This document shows, piece by piece, positions 18,535 through 28,451 of a stretch of 60,459 nucleotides of DNA. Source of the DNA: Bacteroidia bacterium (GTDB lineage Bacteria > Bacteroidota > Bacteroidia > SpSt-205); the NCBI GenBank assembly GCA_025057135.1, contig JANWXY010000022.1, forward strand, positions 1-60,459, in the 5' to 3' direction. The first letter of the stretch is position 1. Every line of letters starts with the position of its first letter. A program made the position numbers and the translations under genes. The notes under the pieces are model-generated. The model ran no database searches and was not told the DNA's origin. It was given only the letters and a program-made list of their open reading frames with translations.

Positions 18535-20099
18535 GCACGCTGATTGGCAAAAAGCTGCTCAACTATAAAGTAGAAAAGCTCCTCGGTCAAGGAGGAATGG
18601 GTGAGGTGTACCTCGGGGTACATACCGAAATAGGGCGTAAGGTCGCTATCAAAATGATCAGCCCACATTTGGCTCGCGACCCACGCATCCAAGAGCGCTT
18701 CAAACGAGAAGCCCTCATCATGGCTAAGCTCAATCACCCCAACATAGTCCAGTTATACGACTACTGGGCTCGTCCTGATGAAGGTCTCTTTCTGATCATG
18801 GAGTATGTGGAGGGGATATCATTGGACCGCTATATTCATCGGGTACAGTGCGGACCGCTTCCCCCCAAACAGGCGATAGACATTTTCCTTCAAGTTCTGG
18901 ATGCGTTTGAATACGCACATAAAAATGGAGTCATTCACCGAGATATCAAGCCCAGTAATATCCTCCTACGCACAGATAATGTAGTCAAAGTATTAGATTT
19001 CGGCATAGCTCGGATTATTAGCACAGAGACTAACGACCCAGCTGAATCTCCCTCCCTGACAAAAACTGGCACCACCTTAGGCACTGTATCCTACATGAGC
19101 CCAGAACAGCTCCGCTCCAAAAGCGCTGGCGATATAGACCACCGTTCAGATATCTACTCGTTGGGTGTAGTGTTATTTGAAATGCTAACTGGACGAGAAC
19201 TGTATGACCGCTCTCAACTGTCAGAATTTGAGATATTGGTGAAAATAGCCACTGAACCCCCTCCCCCGCTATCCGAGCTAAACCCCAAAATCGCCCCTGA
19301 TTTTGAACCCATCCTCAAAAAAGCTCTCGCAAAGAACCGAGAAGATCGCTACCAATCTTGTCAAGAGTTCGCCGCAGCTCTCTTACCGCTTATACCCAAG
19401 TATGACAAACCAGATAGCCCACCCCCTGTGCGCAATCCCGCTCTGACCAAAACACAAGTTTCTAATGTCCCCCCTACCCCTTCTCCTAAGATAGAGCCAT
19501 CTAAAAAAGAAGAGCTGAAAAAGCCCTCCAGCCAGGCTGTTTCTGGAAAGCAGCGGCGAGTGATCATGATAAGCGGAATAGCCGCATTACTCATCATAGC
19601 AGCCGTGCTGTGGTGGCAGATGAACTACTCAGCCGCCCGAAATAAAGCCTTAGCCATAGCCGATTCTTTTTCCGTAGCGCTCAATCGCCATGATGAAAAG
19701 CTGCTCGCCAGTCTATTCGCTGATACTTTATCTCCCTTCTATTCGGAAGAAAAAGTTCCTAAGACCCAAGCGCTGCAAAAGTACTTCGCGAGTTTCTGGA
19801 AAAGCATCCAAAAAGACTCTGTCTCTTGGATGACCCCCCCAGAATATAAGCGAGAAGGCGGCACGACCATTGTAGAAGGCACTCTTTACCAACATTACAC
19901 ACCGAAACCCCAAATAGTTACGCAGGTAGAACAGGCACCAGCAGGTCGACAAGCTTGGCGAAGAGCTATTACACCTCGCAGAACCATAACCCGAGAAGTG
20001 CCCTTGCCTCCGATATGCAAAATCAAAAGGCTGAAGATATTCATTTCCGATGAAAAAATCAGGGGCATTCAGCTTTTAGACACTCGGGATTGTCCTTGA
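18531..20099 (+). CDS. Membrane-anchored Hanks-type Ser/Thr kinase with small extracytoplasmic domain
   Basis: GQGGMG, VAIK, HRDIKPSN, DFG, GTVSYMSPE, DIYSLG; Pro-rich linker; TM IMISGIAALLIIAAVLWW. Confidence 0.93.
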   Translation: MSTLIGKKLLNYKVEKLLGQGGMGEVYLGVHTEIGRKVAIKMISPHLARDPRIQERFKREALIMAKLNHPNIVQLYDYWARPDEGLFLIMEYVEGISLDRYIHRVQCGPLPPKQAIDIFLQVLDAFEYAHKNGVIHRDIKPSNILLRTDNVVKVLDFGIARIISTETNDPAESPSLTKTGTTLGTVSYMSPEQLRSKSAGDIDHRSDIYSLGVVLFEMLTGRELYDRSQLSEFEILVKIATEPPPPLSELNPKIAPDFEPILKKALAKNREDRYQSCQEFAAALLPLIPKYDKPDSPPPVRNPALTKTQVSNVPPTPSPKIEPSKKEELKKPSSQAVSGKQRRVIMISGIAALLIIAAVLWWQMNYSAARNKALAIADSFSVALNRHDEKLLASLFADTLSPFYSEEKVPKTQALQKYFASFWKSIQKDSVSWMTPPEYKREGGTTIVEGTLYQHYTPKPQIVTQVEQAPAGRQAWRRAITPRRTITREVPLPPICKIKRLKIFISDEKIRGIQLLDTRDCP

Positions 20100-20169
20100 A
20101 AACCCGACTCGTACTGATAGAGTCGCAGATATTTATATCTAACATAGAAAAGCGTACCTTTGCGATACC

Positions 20170-21507
20170 ATGGCAAAATCGGATGAGCAAAGCAAACTAC
20201 CCACGGGAAAGGTGGCGCGCGCCTCGCATTTTTTGAAAGGTGGATTACGCGTCGGTGCAAATGTAGTTAAACATCAAGCTAAAAAGCTCCTCGGCAAGGA
20301 AGTGTCTCGTGACGACTTAGACCGAGAAAACGCCGAGGACCTTTTGAAGACATTTACACAGCTGCGCGGCTCAGCTTTGAAAGTTGCTCAGACTATATCG
20401 TTAGACACGATAAACTTTTCAAAATCTTTCGTGGAGGTAATGCAAAATGCCCAATACAGTGTACCTCCTATGAGTGGGCCCATGGTAGTGCAAGTATTCA
20501 AACGGAGTATTGGACAGCCTCCCGAAAAGGTTTTTGACAAGTTCAACATTCATGCCATCCGAGCAGCCTCTCTCGGTCAAGTCCATGAAGCGTGGAAAGA
20601 CGGTAAAAAACTCGCCGTCAAAATTCAATACCCCGGCGTCGCAGAATCTATCCAGTCCGACATGAAGATTTTTCGGACATTCGCCCCCCGGATAACTCGC
20701 ATTCCCCTGGAAGAGTTGGAGCCTTACATTCAAGAGATGGAAGAGAAGTTTCTGGAGGAGGCGGATTACCGTAAGGAGCTGCAAAACTCTCTCGCTTTCA
20801 AGGAGCTGTGCAAAAACTTCCCTAACTTGCGGTTTCCAGAGTACTATCCCGAGCTATGTGGAGATAAAGTGCTGACCATGGAGTGGCTAGAGGGGCTCCA
20901 CTTGCGAGAGTACCTCGCCACGAATCCCCCCTACGAAGAGAAACAGCATTTTGGACAAATCATCTGGGACTTTTACAGCTTCCAGATTCATGCGCTGCGC
21001 CAGGTAAATGCCGACCCTCATCCGGGAAACTTTCTCTTTCGCAAGGACGGCACGCTGGGAGTAATAGACTTTGGATGCACAAAACTCATACCGGAGGAGC
21101 TGTATAAAGCTTATTTTTCTCTGGGTGACCCTAAAATCTACGAACCCAAAAACCGCAAAAAGTTAGACGCCACATTTGAGAAACTGGCTCTATACAGGGA
21201 GGATGATACACCCGAAGAGCGAGAATATGTGCGTGACCTTTTTAGCCGCTTCGCTCAAATACTGGCCACCCCTTATAGATTAGGAAAGATGGACTTCCGT
21301 CAAACAGATTTCTTTGAAGCCCTCAATAGCGTCGGAGAGGAAATAGCCCGAACCCGTGAACTGAGAGGGCTGAAAGACTTTTTATTTCTCAACCGAACTT
21401 TCCTCGGACTCTTTAATCTATTTCATCAGCTTGGGGTAGAGTTAGACACGCGCTGCGAATATCTCCCCTATTACGACTATAGCCATTTATCAGCATCCCC
21501 ATCCTAA
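20170..21507 (+). CDS. ABC1/AarF/UbiB-family atypical kinase
   Basis: LRGSALKVAQ, AASLGQVH, AVKIQYPG, ADPHPGNF, IDFGC. Confidence 0.92.
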   Translation: MAKSDEQSKLPTGKVARASHFLKGGLRVGANVVKHQAKKLLGKEVSRDDLDRENAEDLLKTFTQLRGSALKVAQTISLDTINFSKSFVEVMQNAQYSVPPMSGPMVVQVFKRSIGQPPEKVFDKFNIHAIRAASLGQVHEAWKDGKKLAVKIQYPGVAESIQSDMKIFRTFAPRITRIPLEELEPYIQEMEEKFLEEADYRKELQNSLAFKELCKNFPNLRFPEYYPELCGDKVLTMEWLEGLHLREYLATNPPYEEKQHFGQIIWDFYSFQIHALRQVNADPHPGNFLFRKDGTLGVIDFGCTKLIPEELYKAYFSLGDPKIYEPKNRKKLDATFEKLALYREDDTPEEREYVRDLFSRFAQILATPYRLGKMDFRQTDFFEALNSVGEEIARTRELRGLKDFLFLNRTFLGLFNLFHQLGVELDTRCEYLPYYDYSHLSASPS

Positions 21508-22712
21508 TCTCTTTCTGTAAAGTCTAACGATACCCCGAAAGTCTCCCGCAGGCGACTCGCCGACCATAGCGCTACGCCGTACAATATAAGCCCTGTAAAT
21601 AAAGCGCTACCCCGGAGTGACAGATAGCCCTGAAATCCCTCCCACAGAAAAGTAGAGAGCACCAGAGAGCCCCTAATCCAGTTGGGCACGCTGGTAGCTA
21701 CAGTAGCCCGAAGGTTAGTGCCGAACTGCTCTGCCGAGCTGGTGATGAGCACCGCCCAGTATCCAGAAAACATACCGAGTAAAAGAGCCAACCCATACAC
21801 CATTTCCACCGAAGAAAACGTCATCAAATTATAAACCACAGAGAGTAATAGGCTGACACTTAGCCACAAAAGCACAGGCTTTTTACGACTGCGTGTGACT
21901 TGACTGAGTATGCCGGCGAGTAGATCACCTATTGACAAGCCGATATAAGCATACATGACCGCTCGCCCTGCACGCACAGGCAGGCCGGCTTCCTTGAAAA
22001 GATCAGGCGCAAAAGTGATAAGTATCCCTATCACATACCATATAGGAACTCCGGCTAAGACTGCATATACATACCGAGCCAACCGTTCTCTCCGGCGAAA
22101 AATCTGGAAAAAATCCCCCATAGGCACCTCTCCGTGCTGACGCAGCGACTCAAACAGTCCTGACTCTCCAACGCCTATGCGTAAAAGCAGCAACAAAAGC
22201 CCCATTCCTCCTCCGATAAAGTAAGCATACCGCCAAGGAAATAAGTCTCCAACTAAGCTGGCTACAACTGCTCCCAAAATACCCAGCGTAGCTATCAAGG
22301 TGGTTCCCCACCCTCTCAAATGCGGCGGCATGATCTCAGCCACAAGCGTGACCCCAGCTCCCAACTCTCCTGCTAACCCAATCCCAGCTATAAACCGCCA
22401 TATCGCATACCCATAGACGCTCTCTACGAGACCGTTGAAGATATTTGCAAGCGAGTAGGTCAAAATTGACCCAAATAAGATAGAGAGCCTCCCTCTTTTA
22501 TCGGCTAAAACGCCCCATATCAGCCCACCTATGAGCATGCCTATCATCTGGAGATTGATGAGGAGCACACCATACCTCAGTTTTTCTGCCCCTGCATACC
22601 CTAAATCAGTCAAGCTGGCTTCTCTCACCACAGAAAATAATATCAGGTCGTAAATATCCACGAAGTACCCCAAAGTAGCTACGATGACCGCCAACCAAAC
22701 CTTACGTGTCAT
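21504..22712 (-). CDS. MFS transporter
   Basis: About 12 hydrophobic segments, GVLADKRGR motif A, RFIAGIGLAGE, EQFGTNLRAT. Confidence 0.9.
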   Translation of the reverse strand: MTRKVWLAVIVATLGYFVDIYDLILFSVVREASLTDLGYAGAEKLRYGVLLINLQMIGMLIGGLIWGVLADKRGRLSILFGSILTYSLANIFNGLVESVYGYAIWRFIAGIGLAGELGAGVTLVAEIMPPHLRGWGTTLIATLGILGAVVASLVGDLFPWRYAYFIGGGMGLLLLLLRIGVGESGLFESLRQHGEVPMGDFFQIFRRRERLARYVYAVLAGVPIWYVIGILITFAPDLFKEAGLPVRAGRAVMYAYIGLSIGDLLAGILSQVTRSRKKPVLLWLSVSLLLSVVYNLMTFSSVEMVYGLALLLGMFSGYWAVLITSSAEQFGTNLRATVATSVPNWIRGSLVLSTFLWEGFQGYLSLRGSALFTGLILYGVALWSASRLRETFGVSLDFTERD

Positions 22713-22770
22713 GCAGCGGCGAAGTTAGGAGTATTTAAAGGTCGGAGTCGCTTGGACTGCCTTTATTCTG

Positions 22771-22790
22771 CAAAAGCCTTCGGGAGAAGG
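22771..22790 (-). terminator. Possible weak intrinsic terminator after the TBDR
   Basis: On - strand CCTTC-TCCC-GAAGG followed by CTTTTG; the stem is only 5 bp. Confidence 0.25.
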
Positions 22791-22793
22791 GGA

Positions 22794-25688
22794 CTACTCT
22801 GCACTCTCCGCTTTCTTCGTGCTCAGAGCCCCAAAGCTCCAGTTCATCCCAATGAAGACCTGCCGGGGCGGTAGGTAGCGTGCCGGATCAGTAGGAGGCA
22901 AACCTGTATCTAAGGGGTTTGGATATTTAGGGTCTCGCCAACCATTAGGCACATCGTCAGGATACTCGTAAGCGCGTCCAGTAACGGGATTTATGATGGC
23001 GGCATTTTTCCAGCTGAAAATATTCCGCCCTTCTATAAAGACTGATAATCGCCCCCGCAGAAAGTTCCGCGTGATGCGCATATCTACCCATCGCCATGGA
23101 CTACCGATGGCAGTATTCGGAGGACCATCTACCCGCTCATACACTGGACGCCCGGAAAAATCATCCCGACCTGCAAGCTGTACGGGTGTATACCGAAGAC
23201 CGGATTTCCATGTCATTGATATGAATACGGTCCATTCTCTAAGCCAAGAAGAATTCCAGGCTCCGGGGGACTTAAGAATGCTCCACAGCTTGATATCCCA
23301 AGGACGGTCCCATGCAAGGAAAAACTCCTGCGTCGCATCGTTTCTTCCACTCTGCCGAATCTGTAAAAGAGACTCTAACGCCGAGTTTGATTTGCCAGTA
23401 GCGACCTGATAGGTTACAGACCCTGCCAATCGCAGCCAGTCGCCTAATTGGCGTTGAAGAAAAATATCCACACCTCGCACTCGAGCATAGTCTAAGTTGG
23501 CTGCGAAGACCCGCTCAGTAAAGCGCCCTGTCTGGTCCCGAATAGTGATAATACGATTGACGATAAAGTCAAATTTATCGTTGTAGAAAGCGCTTGCCTG
23601 CAGGGCCCAGCCTCTACCGAGATTGGATTTTAGACCAATCTCATAGCCTACATTTACCTCGGGATTGAGATTGGGATTACCCAAGAAAGCAAGAAAAGAG
23701 CGATCCTGATAAACGGGGTCCAATCCAGCATATACGAAACGCGGGTGCGGCAGCCGCGTGGAATGGGCGTAGTTGAAGAATAGCACATGATTATCCGTAA
23801 CCGGAAAGGATACTCGCAACCTCGGGAGGAGCCGAGCTTTGAATCTACGACCTAAAATCAATGCTGTCTGCTTTTTGTAAGCCTGTCGGACAGCATCAAC
23901 GATAGGCGCCCGAGGGTCTTCCACAGCTACATCCACGAAAGCCCCAGGTGCCCAGTATGTGAAGCGGGCACCTAAGCTCGCCACTATGCCTTTGTACCGA
24001 ATCCTATCCTCAAAAAAGATGCCCCCCGTGGCAGGCTTGACTCTCCAAATGTCGTTACTCACCCCAATCCTATTAGCAGCATACACCTGCCCATCATCTA
24101 ACCGAATAGGAGCACCTACCCATGGACGACTTACATCTATCCACTGATAATGCTGCTCTCGGTGCTCCAACCCAAATATCCAGAAATGCGATGTACTCTT
24201 GGGTTGAAAAGTGAGCTTGAGCTTGAAGGTGTATTCCTCAGCGAAATGATCATGCCAGAGAGTCGCTATACCTCCGTTATTGAAAAGTCCAGGTCCCGGA
24301 TTCACATAGATGATGCTGTCGTTGGGATTGAAAACTGTGACGGGGTCAGTAACGATAGAAGCGGGGTCATAAATCTGCCTTATCACCGAGTCTCGGAATG
24401 GACGCCCATTCGCATCCGCCCGAAGGTTGACAAAAAGCCGACTTAGCGTCAGCTCCCCAGTCCATACCCGAGACAAGATACGATTGAGTTTCAGAATAGT
24501 GAGGTTAGACCGATGGGTATAAGTGTTAGCGTTATCCGGCTGAAGCATGAAAGCGTACTGAAAACCTGGGACCATAACCTGGTCGCTACCGATGATTTGA
24601 AGGGAGCGCGTGTTCTGATTGATACCGAGGCTTTGTTGTACAGAAAGGGAAAGGCGCGTCCGAGGGTCTATACGATAGGCGAGTTTCACGGTGCTGGACC
24701 ATTTATTATCTTGCCGAGGCGCAAAAAACTCACTTTTTGTCGGGCCACCTAAAAGACGACTGATTGAGGGGAAAATAACATCTCGTCCTTCGGCTTCTTC
24801 TATGAGGCTACTCCTGAGCTGCCGAGCTTGTACTCCGAAGTACTCATCCGTCAGGCGCAAGTCAAAGCTCCCGAAGAAGGTCAAACGCGGCTTTCCTGTG
24901 GAGTCTCTCCATAGAGGCCCGCCAGCACCGAGATTGAAAATATCCGTATTCCAGCCCCATTGAGATATAGCCCCCCCGAGCTGATCTTTCATATATCTGC
25001 CATAGAAACGCCAGCGCTCCCCTCCTTCTTTCAGACGAACTGCTACCACCCCCGAAGTACCATCTCCGTACTCAGCATCTACCCCTCCAGTGATGACTTC
25101 CAGCTCCTCTATGGCGACCTGAGAAACTTCTACTCCAAAGCCCGTACCAGCGAGGGGGTCCTGTGCATTTACTCCATCAACGACATATTGGGTCTCATAC
25201 ACGCGTCCTCCCCGAATCTGTAGCCCATCCAAAGTCTGGGCCACGCCAGGCATGAGAGTAGCCATAGTTTGAACATCCACAGCCGTCGTCTGAGTAATCT
25301 CATCTCCGCTAATTTTCAAGTCCGACTTACCAGACTCTAAATTTACCAGTGGTTTGTCCCCCACGATTTCTACCGTCTGCAAGGTGGTACCAGTAGGCGT
25401 GAGCGAAAGATTGAGCTGAAGGGTCTGATCCGCCTTGACGATAATGCCCGTAAGCTGCAGCTCATTATACCCGACATATGACACCCGCAAGGTGTAAGTA
25501 CCGGGCACAACTTCGGTAATGATGAATCGCCCGTTTTCATCCGTATAGGCGCCCTTGTAAGTACCAACGAGCGCAACAGAAGCTCCAATGAGAGGTTCTT
25601 TTGTACTCTTATCTGCTACGACTCCCGCTATCGTGGCTTTCTGGGCCCACAGACCTGTCAGTATGATGAATAAGACAAGCCTTCTCAT
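22794..25688 (-). CDS. TonB-dependent receptor with CarboxypepD_reg-like N-domain
   Basis: Signal peptide, IAGVVAD...EPLIGASV, IRGGR...YVVDG plug, GGVDAEYG, GNPNLNPE. Confidence 0.9.
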   Translation of the reverse strand: MRRLVLFIILTGLWAQKATIAGVVADKSTKEPLIGASVALVGTYKGAYTDENGRFIITEVVPGTYTLRVSYVGYNELQLTGIIVKADQTLQLNLSLTPTGTTLQTVEIVGDKPLVNLESGKSDLKISGDEITQTTAVDVQTMATLMPGVAQTLDGLQIRGGRVYETQYVVDGVNAQDPLAGTGFGVEVSQVAIEELEVITGGVDAEYGDGTSGVVAVRLKEGGERWRFYGRYMKDQLGGAISQWGWNTDIFNLGAGGPLWRDSTGKPRLTFFGSFDLRLTDEYFGVQARQLRSSLIEEAEGRDVIFPSISRLLGGPTKSEFFAPRQDNKWSSTVKLAYRIDPRTRLSLSVQQSLGINQNTRSLQIIGSDQVMVPGFQYAFMLQPDNANTYTHRSNLTILKLNRILSRVWTGELTLSRLFVNLRADANGRPFRDSVIRQIYDPASIVTDPVTVFNPNDSIIYVNPGPGLFNNGGIATLWHDHFAEEYTFKLKLTFQPKSTSHFWIFGLEHREQHYQWIDVSRPWVGAPIRLDDGQVYAANRIGVSNDIWRVKPATGGIFFEDRIRYKGIVASLGARFTYWAPGAFVDVAVEDPRAPIVDAVRQAYKKQTALILGRRFKARLLPRLRVSFPVTDNHVLFFNYAHSTRLPHPRFVYAGLDPVYQDRSFLAFLGNPNLNPEVNVGYEIGLKSNLGRGWALQASAFYNDKFDFIVNRIITIRDQTGRFTERVFAANLDYARVRGVDIFLQRQLGDWLRLAGSVTYQVATGKSNSALESLLQIRQSGRNDATQEFFLAWDRPWDIKLWSILKSPGAWNSSWLREWTVFISMTWKSGLRYTPVQLAGRDDFSGRPVYERVDGPPNTAIGSPWRWVDMRITRNFLRGRLSVFIEGRNIFSWKNAAIINPVTGRAYEYPDDVPNGWRDPKYPNPLDTGLPPTDPARYLPPRQVFIGMNWSFGALSTKKAESAE

Positions 25689-27094
25689 GGCTGCAAAGCG
25701 TTTTGGAGAGCTGTAAGAAACGCAATCCTATCTCCTCCTAACTGATGGACAGGCAGGATACATAAAATCTGACGGAACTTGCCCCCGCCTATGGGGAAGC
25801 CAACCGCCGCCGCACGACTAAGCGAACTCGGCCAAGGCTGCCCATTCCCTTGAAAAAGGTTAGGCATCTCGTAGATAATCGTTGCAGTACCTTTCGGATA
25901 AGGTGGATTGATGCTACTCATGAAAAATGGCAGCCCGTTAGTAAGGTTAGGAAACCCCGTCTGAGTAGAGCTAACGCTACTACCAGAAGCTAAAAGCCCG
26001 TTTTGTTGGACCTTAGATATGCTATCAGCCGGGGACCAGCGGAATATCGGCGAGCTTTCTCCTAAATCGTGCCGCAAAGGTAGATTGACAAATAATCGCC
26101 CCCCTCCGCTGAGGTACTGCTCTATTAGCGTTTCCGAGACCTCAAACTCTTCGGTACTGGGTTGACTACCTATCCAGTAGACGCGCGGATAAGCCCGAAG
26201 GATGTGCAGCCACGTGGGAAGCCTCAAAGGAGGACGCTGAGTAGCTCTACGAAGGTTCCAGTAATCATAGCCTCCCCACGCCTGGCGAAACAATCCGTCC
26301 ATAGTATCTATCGCAGTATTATCCGTCCAGCTGTCCATGACGAGCCAATCGGAATTTTTACGCCGTAGAAAGATTGTATTCGTACTGTCTATTTCTGAGA
26401 AAAGCCCCCCTTGATCCTTAGCTCGGACATACAACCGTAAGGTATCATCCAGGGGAAGGGCAGTAGGTATCGTGAAAGCAGGGTTGAGCGAACTACCTAC
26501 ATATACCAAAGTGGGCGAAAGCGCCGAAGGATTTTGCGGAACTAAGGTTAGGAGTGTATGTCTCGGGGAAAACGGCGTCCAACTGCCCGCCGAGCCGATA
26601 CGAATATATACGCTGTCCACGCTCTCCCGCCCATCCGGGTCGTCTATAACTATAGACAGAGTAATCGCTATTAGAGCGGTATCGGGCGGCGCAATACTGG
26701 CGTCTATTCTACAGGTAGGCGGTGAGTTCCTGAGAGGAACGCGAAGACGAGCTGGGGGCTCCGTCCGTAATCCGTCATTGTCCACGGCTCGCAGCTCAAA
26801 TATCACATCCTTATACTGTGTCCCTGGCTCAAATGATACCACAAAAGTGCTTTCCTGAGCCGTGGTGAAGCTCCATGGCCCGCCATTTATACGGAGTTCG
26901 TATCCAACAACATAGCCATCAGGATCATCGCCTGACCAACTCAAACTAAACCGAGACGGTAGCCTATCCTCCTGCTCTAATCCAATAGAGTCTAAAAAGA
27001 AACGAGCCAGAGGCGCTTGGCGTGGAATCGGATTATCCTTCTTACGACAAGCAAAGGGGAAAGCTACCAACCAGAGCCACCAAAGTCGCTTCAT
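25685..27094 (-). CDS. Putative outer-membrane lipoprotein with Ig/FN3-like repeats
   Basis: MKRLWWLWLVAFPFAC lipobox-like; repeated motifs SWSGDDPDG / IDDPDG and RAVDNDG / RAKDQGG. Overlaps the TBDR start (ATGA). Confidence 0.7.
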   Translation of the reverse strand: MKRLWWLWLVAFPFACRKKDNPIPRQAPLARFFLDSIGLEQEDRLPSRFSLSWSGDDPDGYVVGYELRINGGPWSFTTAQESTFVVSFEPGTQYKDVIFELRAVDNDGLRTEPPARLRVPLRNSPPTCRIDASIAPPDTALIAITLSIVIDDPDGRESVDSVYIRIGSAGSWTPFSPRHTLLTLVPQNPSALSPTLVYVGSSLNPAFTIPTALPLDDTLRLYVRAKDQGGLFSEIDSTNTIFLRRKNSDWLVMDSWTDNTAIDTMDGLFRQAWGGYDYWNLRRATQRPPLRLPTWLHILRAYPRVYWIGSQPSTEEFEVSETLIEQYLSGGGRLFVNLPLRHDLGESSPIFRWSPADSISKVQQNGLLASGSSVSSTQTGFPNLTNGLPFFMSSINPPYPKGTATIIYEMPNLFQGNGQPWPSSLSRAAAVGFPIGGGKFRQILCILPVHQLGGDRIAFLTALQNALQP

Positions 27095-27171
27095 CCATGT
27101 CAAAAATACCCTTCCAGTGCTAAGCTACGGTAAAGGCATCGGGTACGATTTTTGTCCCTACTTTTGAGAAT

Positions 27172-28419
27172 ATGCGCACAATATGGCTAACCTGCATCTT
27201 GAGCAGCATTTTCGCCCAGGGTGCTGTTGGAGATGTTGTGATAATCTCCGAAAGTGGCGAACCTTTTCGCTTATACCTAAATGGGGAATGGTTATCCGAA
27301 GCGCCCGTCACGCGAGTAGAAGCCCATGACGTACCAGAAGGTGCCCAGCGCGCCACCATTTACATTTATCCCAGCGAAGGACGAGTAGTACAGTTCCGAA
27401 CCACACTACATGTAGAGCAGGGCATGATAGAGTACTACGCCATTCGCAAACGAAGAAATCAATACAGAGTCGCTTTATACAATCGTGTGCCCAAGGAAAA
27501 CGTTATCCCCCCTACCCTTCCCCCTTCAACCCCTTCTACACCCACTCCCCCCCCTCCTTCCGCGCAAACCCCTCCCACAGGCGGACAGACCCAAAGTCAA
27601 AATACTACTATCATATTCAATCCCACCATCCAGGTGCAAACAGGCGGCGGAACGCAGGTGAATGCCCCTGCTGGTAGCTCTCTCCCCCCCTCTCCTGCAC
27701 CTACTCCGCATAGCGGAGGAAGCGCTTATACTGGTCCATGTAACTGCACTGTCCCGATGAGCCGAGAAAGTTTCCTTCAAGCTTTGCGCACCTTGCGTCA
27801 GGAGCCATTTGACCAGACGCGTTTAGAACTGGCTAAAAGCATAGCCCGCCAAAACTGCCTACTCTCTCAGGATATACGGGAGATGGTACAAACATTAGAC
27901 TTTGAGGATAATCGGCTTGAACTGGCTAAATATGCTTACGATTTCACGCACGACTTATCAAACTACTTCATGGTGAATGAAGCATTTCAGTTTTCCAGTA
28001 GTAGGGAGGCGCTCTCTCGTTATATTCAGTCGCGTCCAGCTCGTCAGCATTGTCAGCCAGGGGCTTTTCCTGTCAGTCCCATCGGCACTCCGGGCGCGCC
28101 ACCTATTCACCGGCCATGCACGCCGTGTATGAGCGCGACAGACTTCTCCCAAGCCGTAACGACGCTCAATAGAGCAGGCGGAGACCTAAATCGTCTCAGC
28201 ATCGCAAAACAGATTGCCGCCACGAACTGCCTCACTTCAGCGCAAGTGCGAGATATTTGCCAGCTCTTTGGCTCGGAAATCACGCGACTTGACTTTGCTA
28301 AGCATGCCTACCTTCGTACCTGCGACCCGCAGAACTACTTTGTCGTCAATCAAGCATTTAGCTCTGGCACAAGCCAGCAAGAACTCTCCCAGTATATTCA
28401 AAGTCTGAGCGGAAGGTAA
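27172..28419 (+). CDS. Secreted protein with Pro-rich linker and two DUF4476-like repeats
   Basis: Signal peptide; two repeats of M...F..A...L...D..RL..AK....NCL...F...RL..AK.AY...D..NYF.VN.AF. Confidence 0.75.
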   Translation: MRTIWLTCILSSIFAQGAVGDVVIISESGEPFRLYLNGEWLSEAPVTRVEAHDVPEGAQRATIYIYPSEGRVVQFRTTLHVEQGMIEYYAIRKRRNQYRVALYNRVPKENVIPPTLPPSTPSTPTPPPPSAQTPPTGGQTQSQNTTIIFNPTIQVQTGGGTQVNAPAGSSLPPSPAPTPHSGGSAYTGPCNCTVPMSRESFLQALRTLRQEPFDQTRLELAKSIARQNCLLSQDIREMVQTLDFEDNRLELAKYAYDFTHDLSNYFMVNEAFQFSSSREALSRYIQSRPARQHCQPGAFPVSPIGTPGAPPIHRPCTPCMSATDFSQAVTTLNRAGGDLNRLSIAKQIAATNCLTSAQVRDICQLFGSEITRLDFAKHAYLRTCDPQNYFVVNQAFSSGTSQQELSQYIQSLSGR

Positions 28420-28451
28420 GCCTCAAACTACCTACGACGGCGTAAATACCT

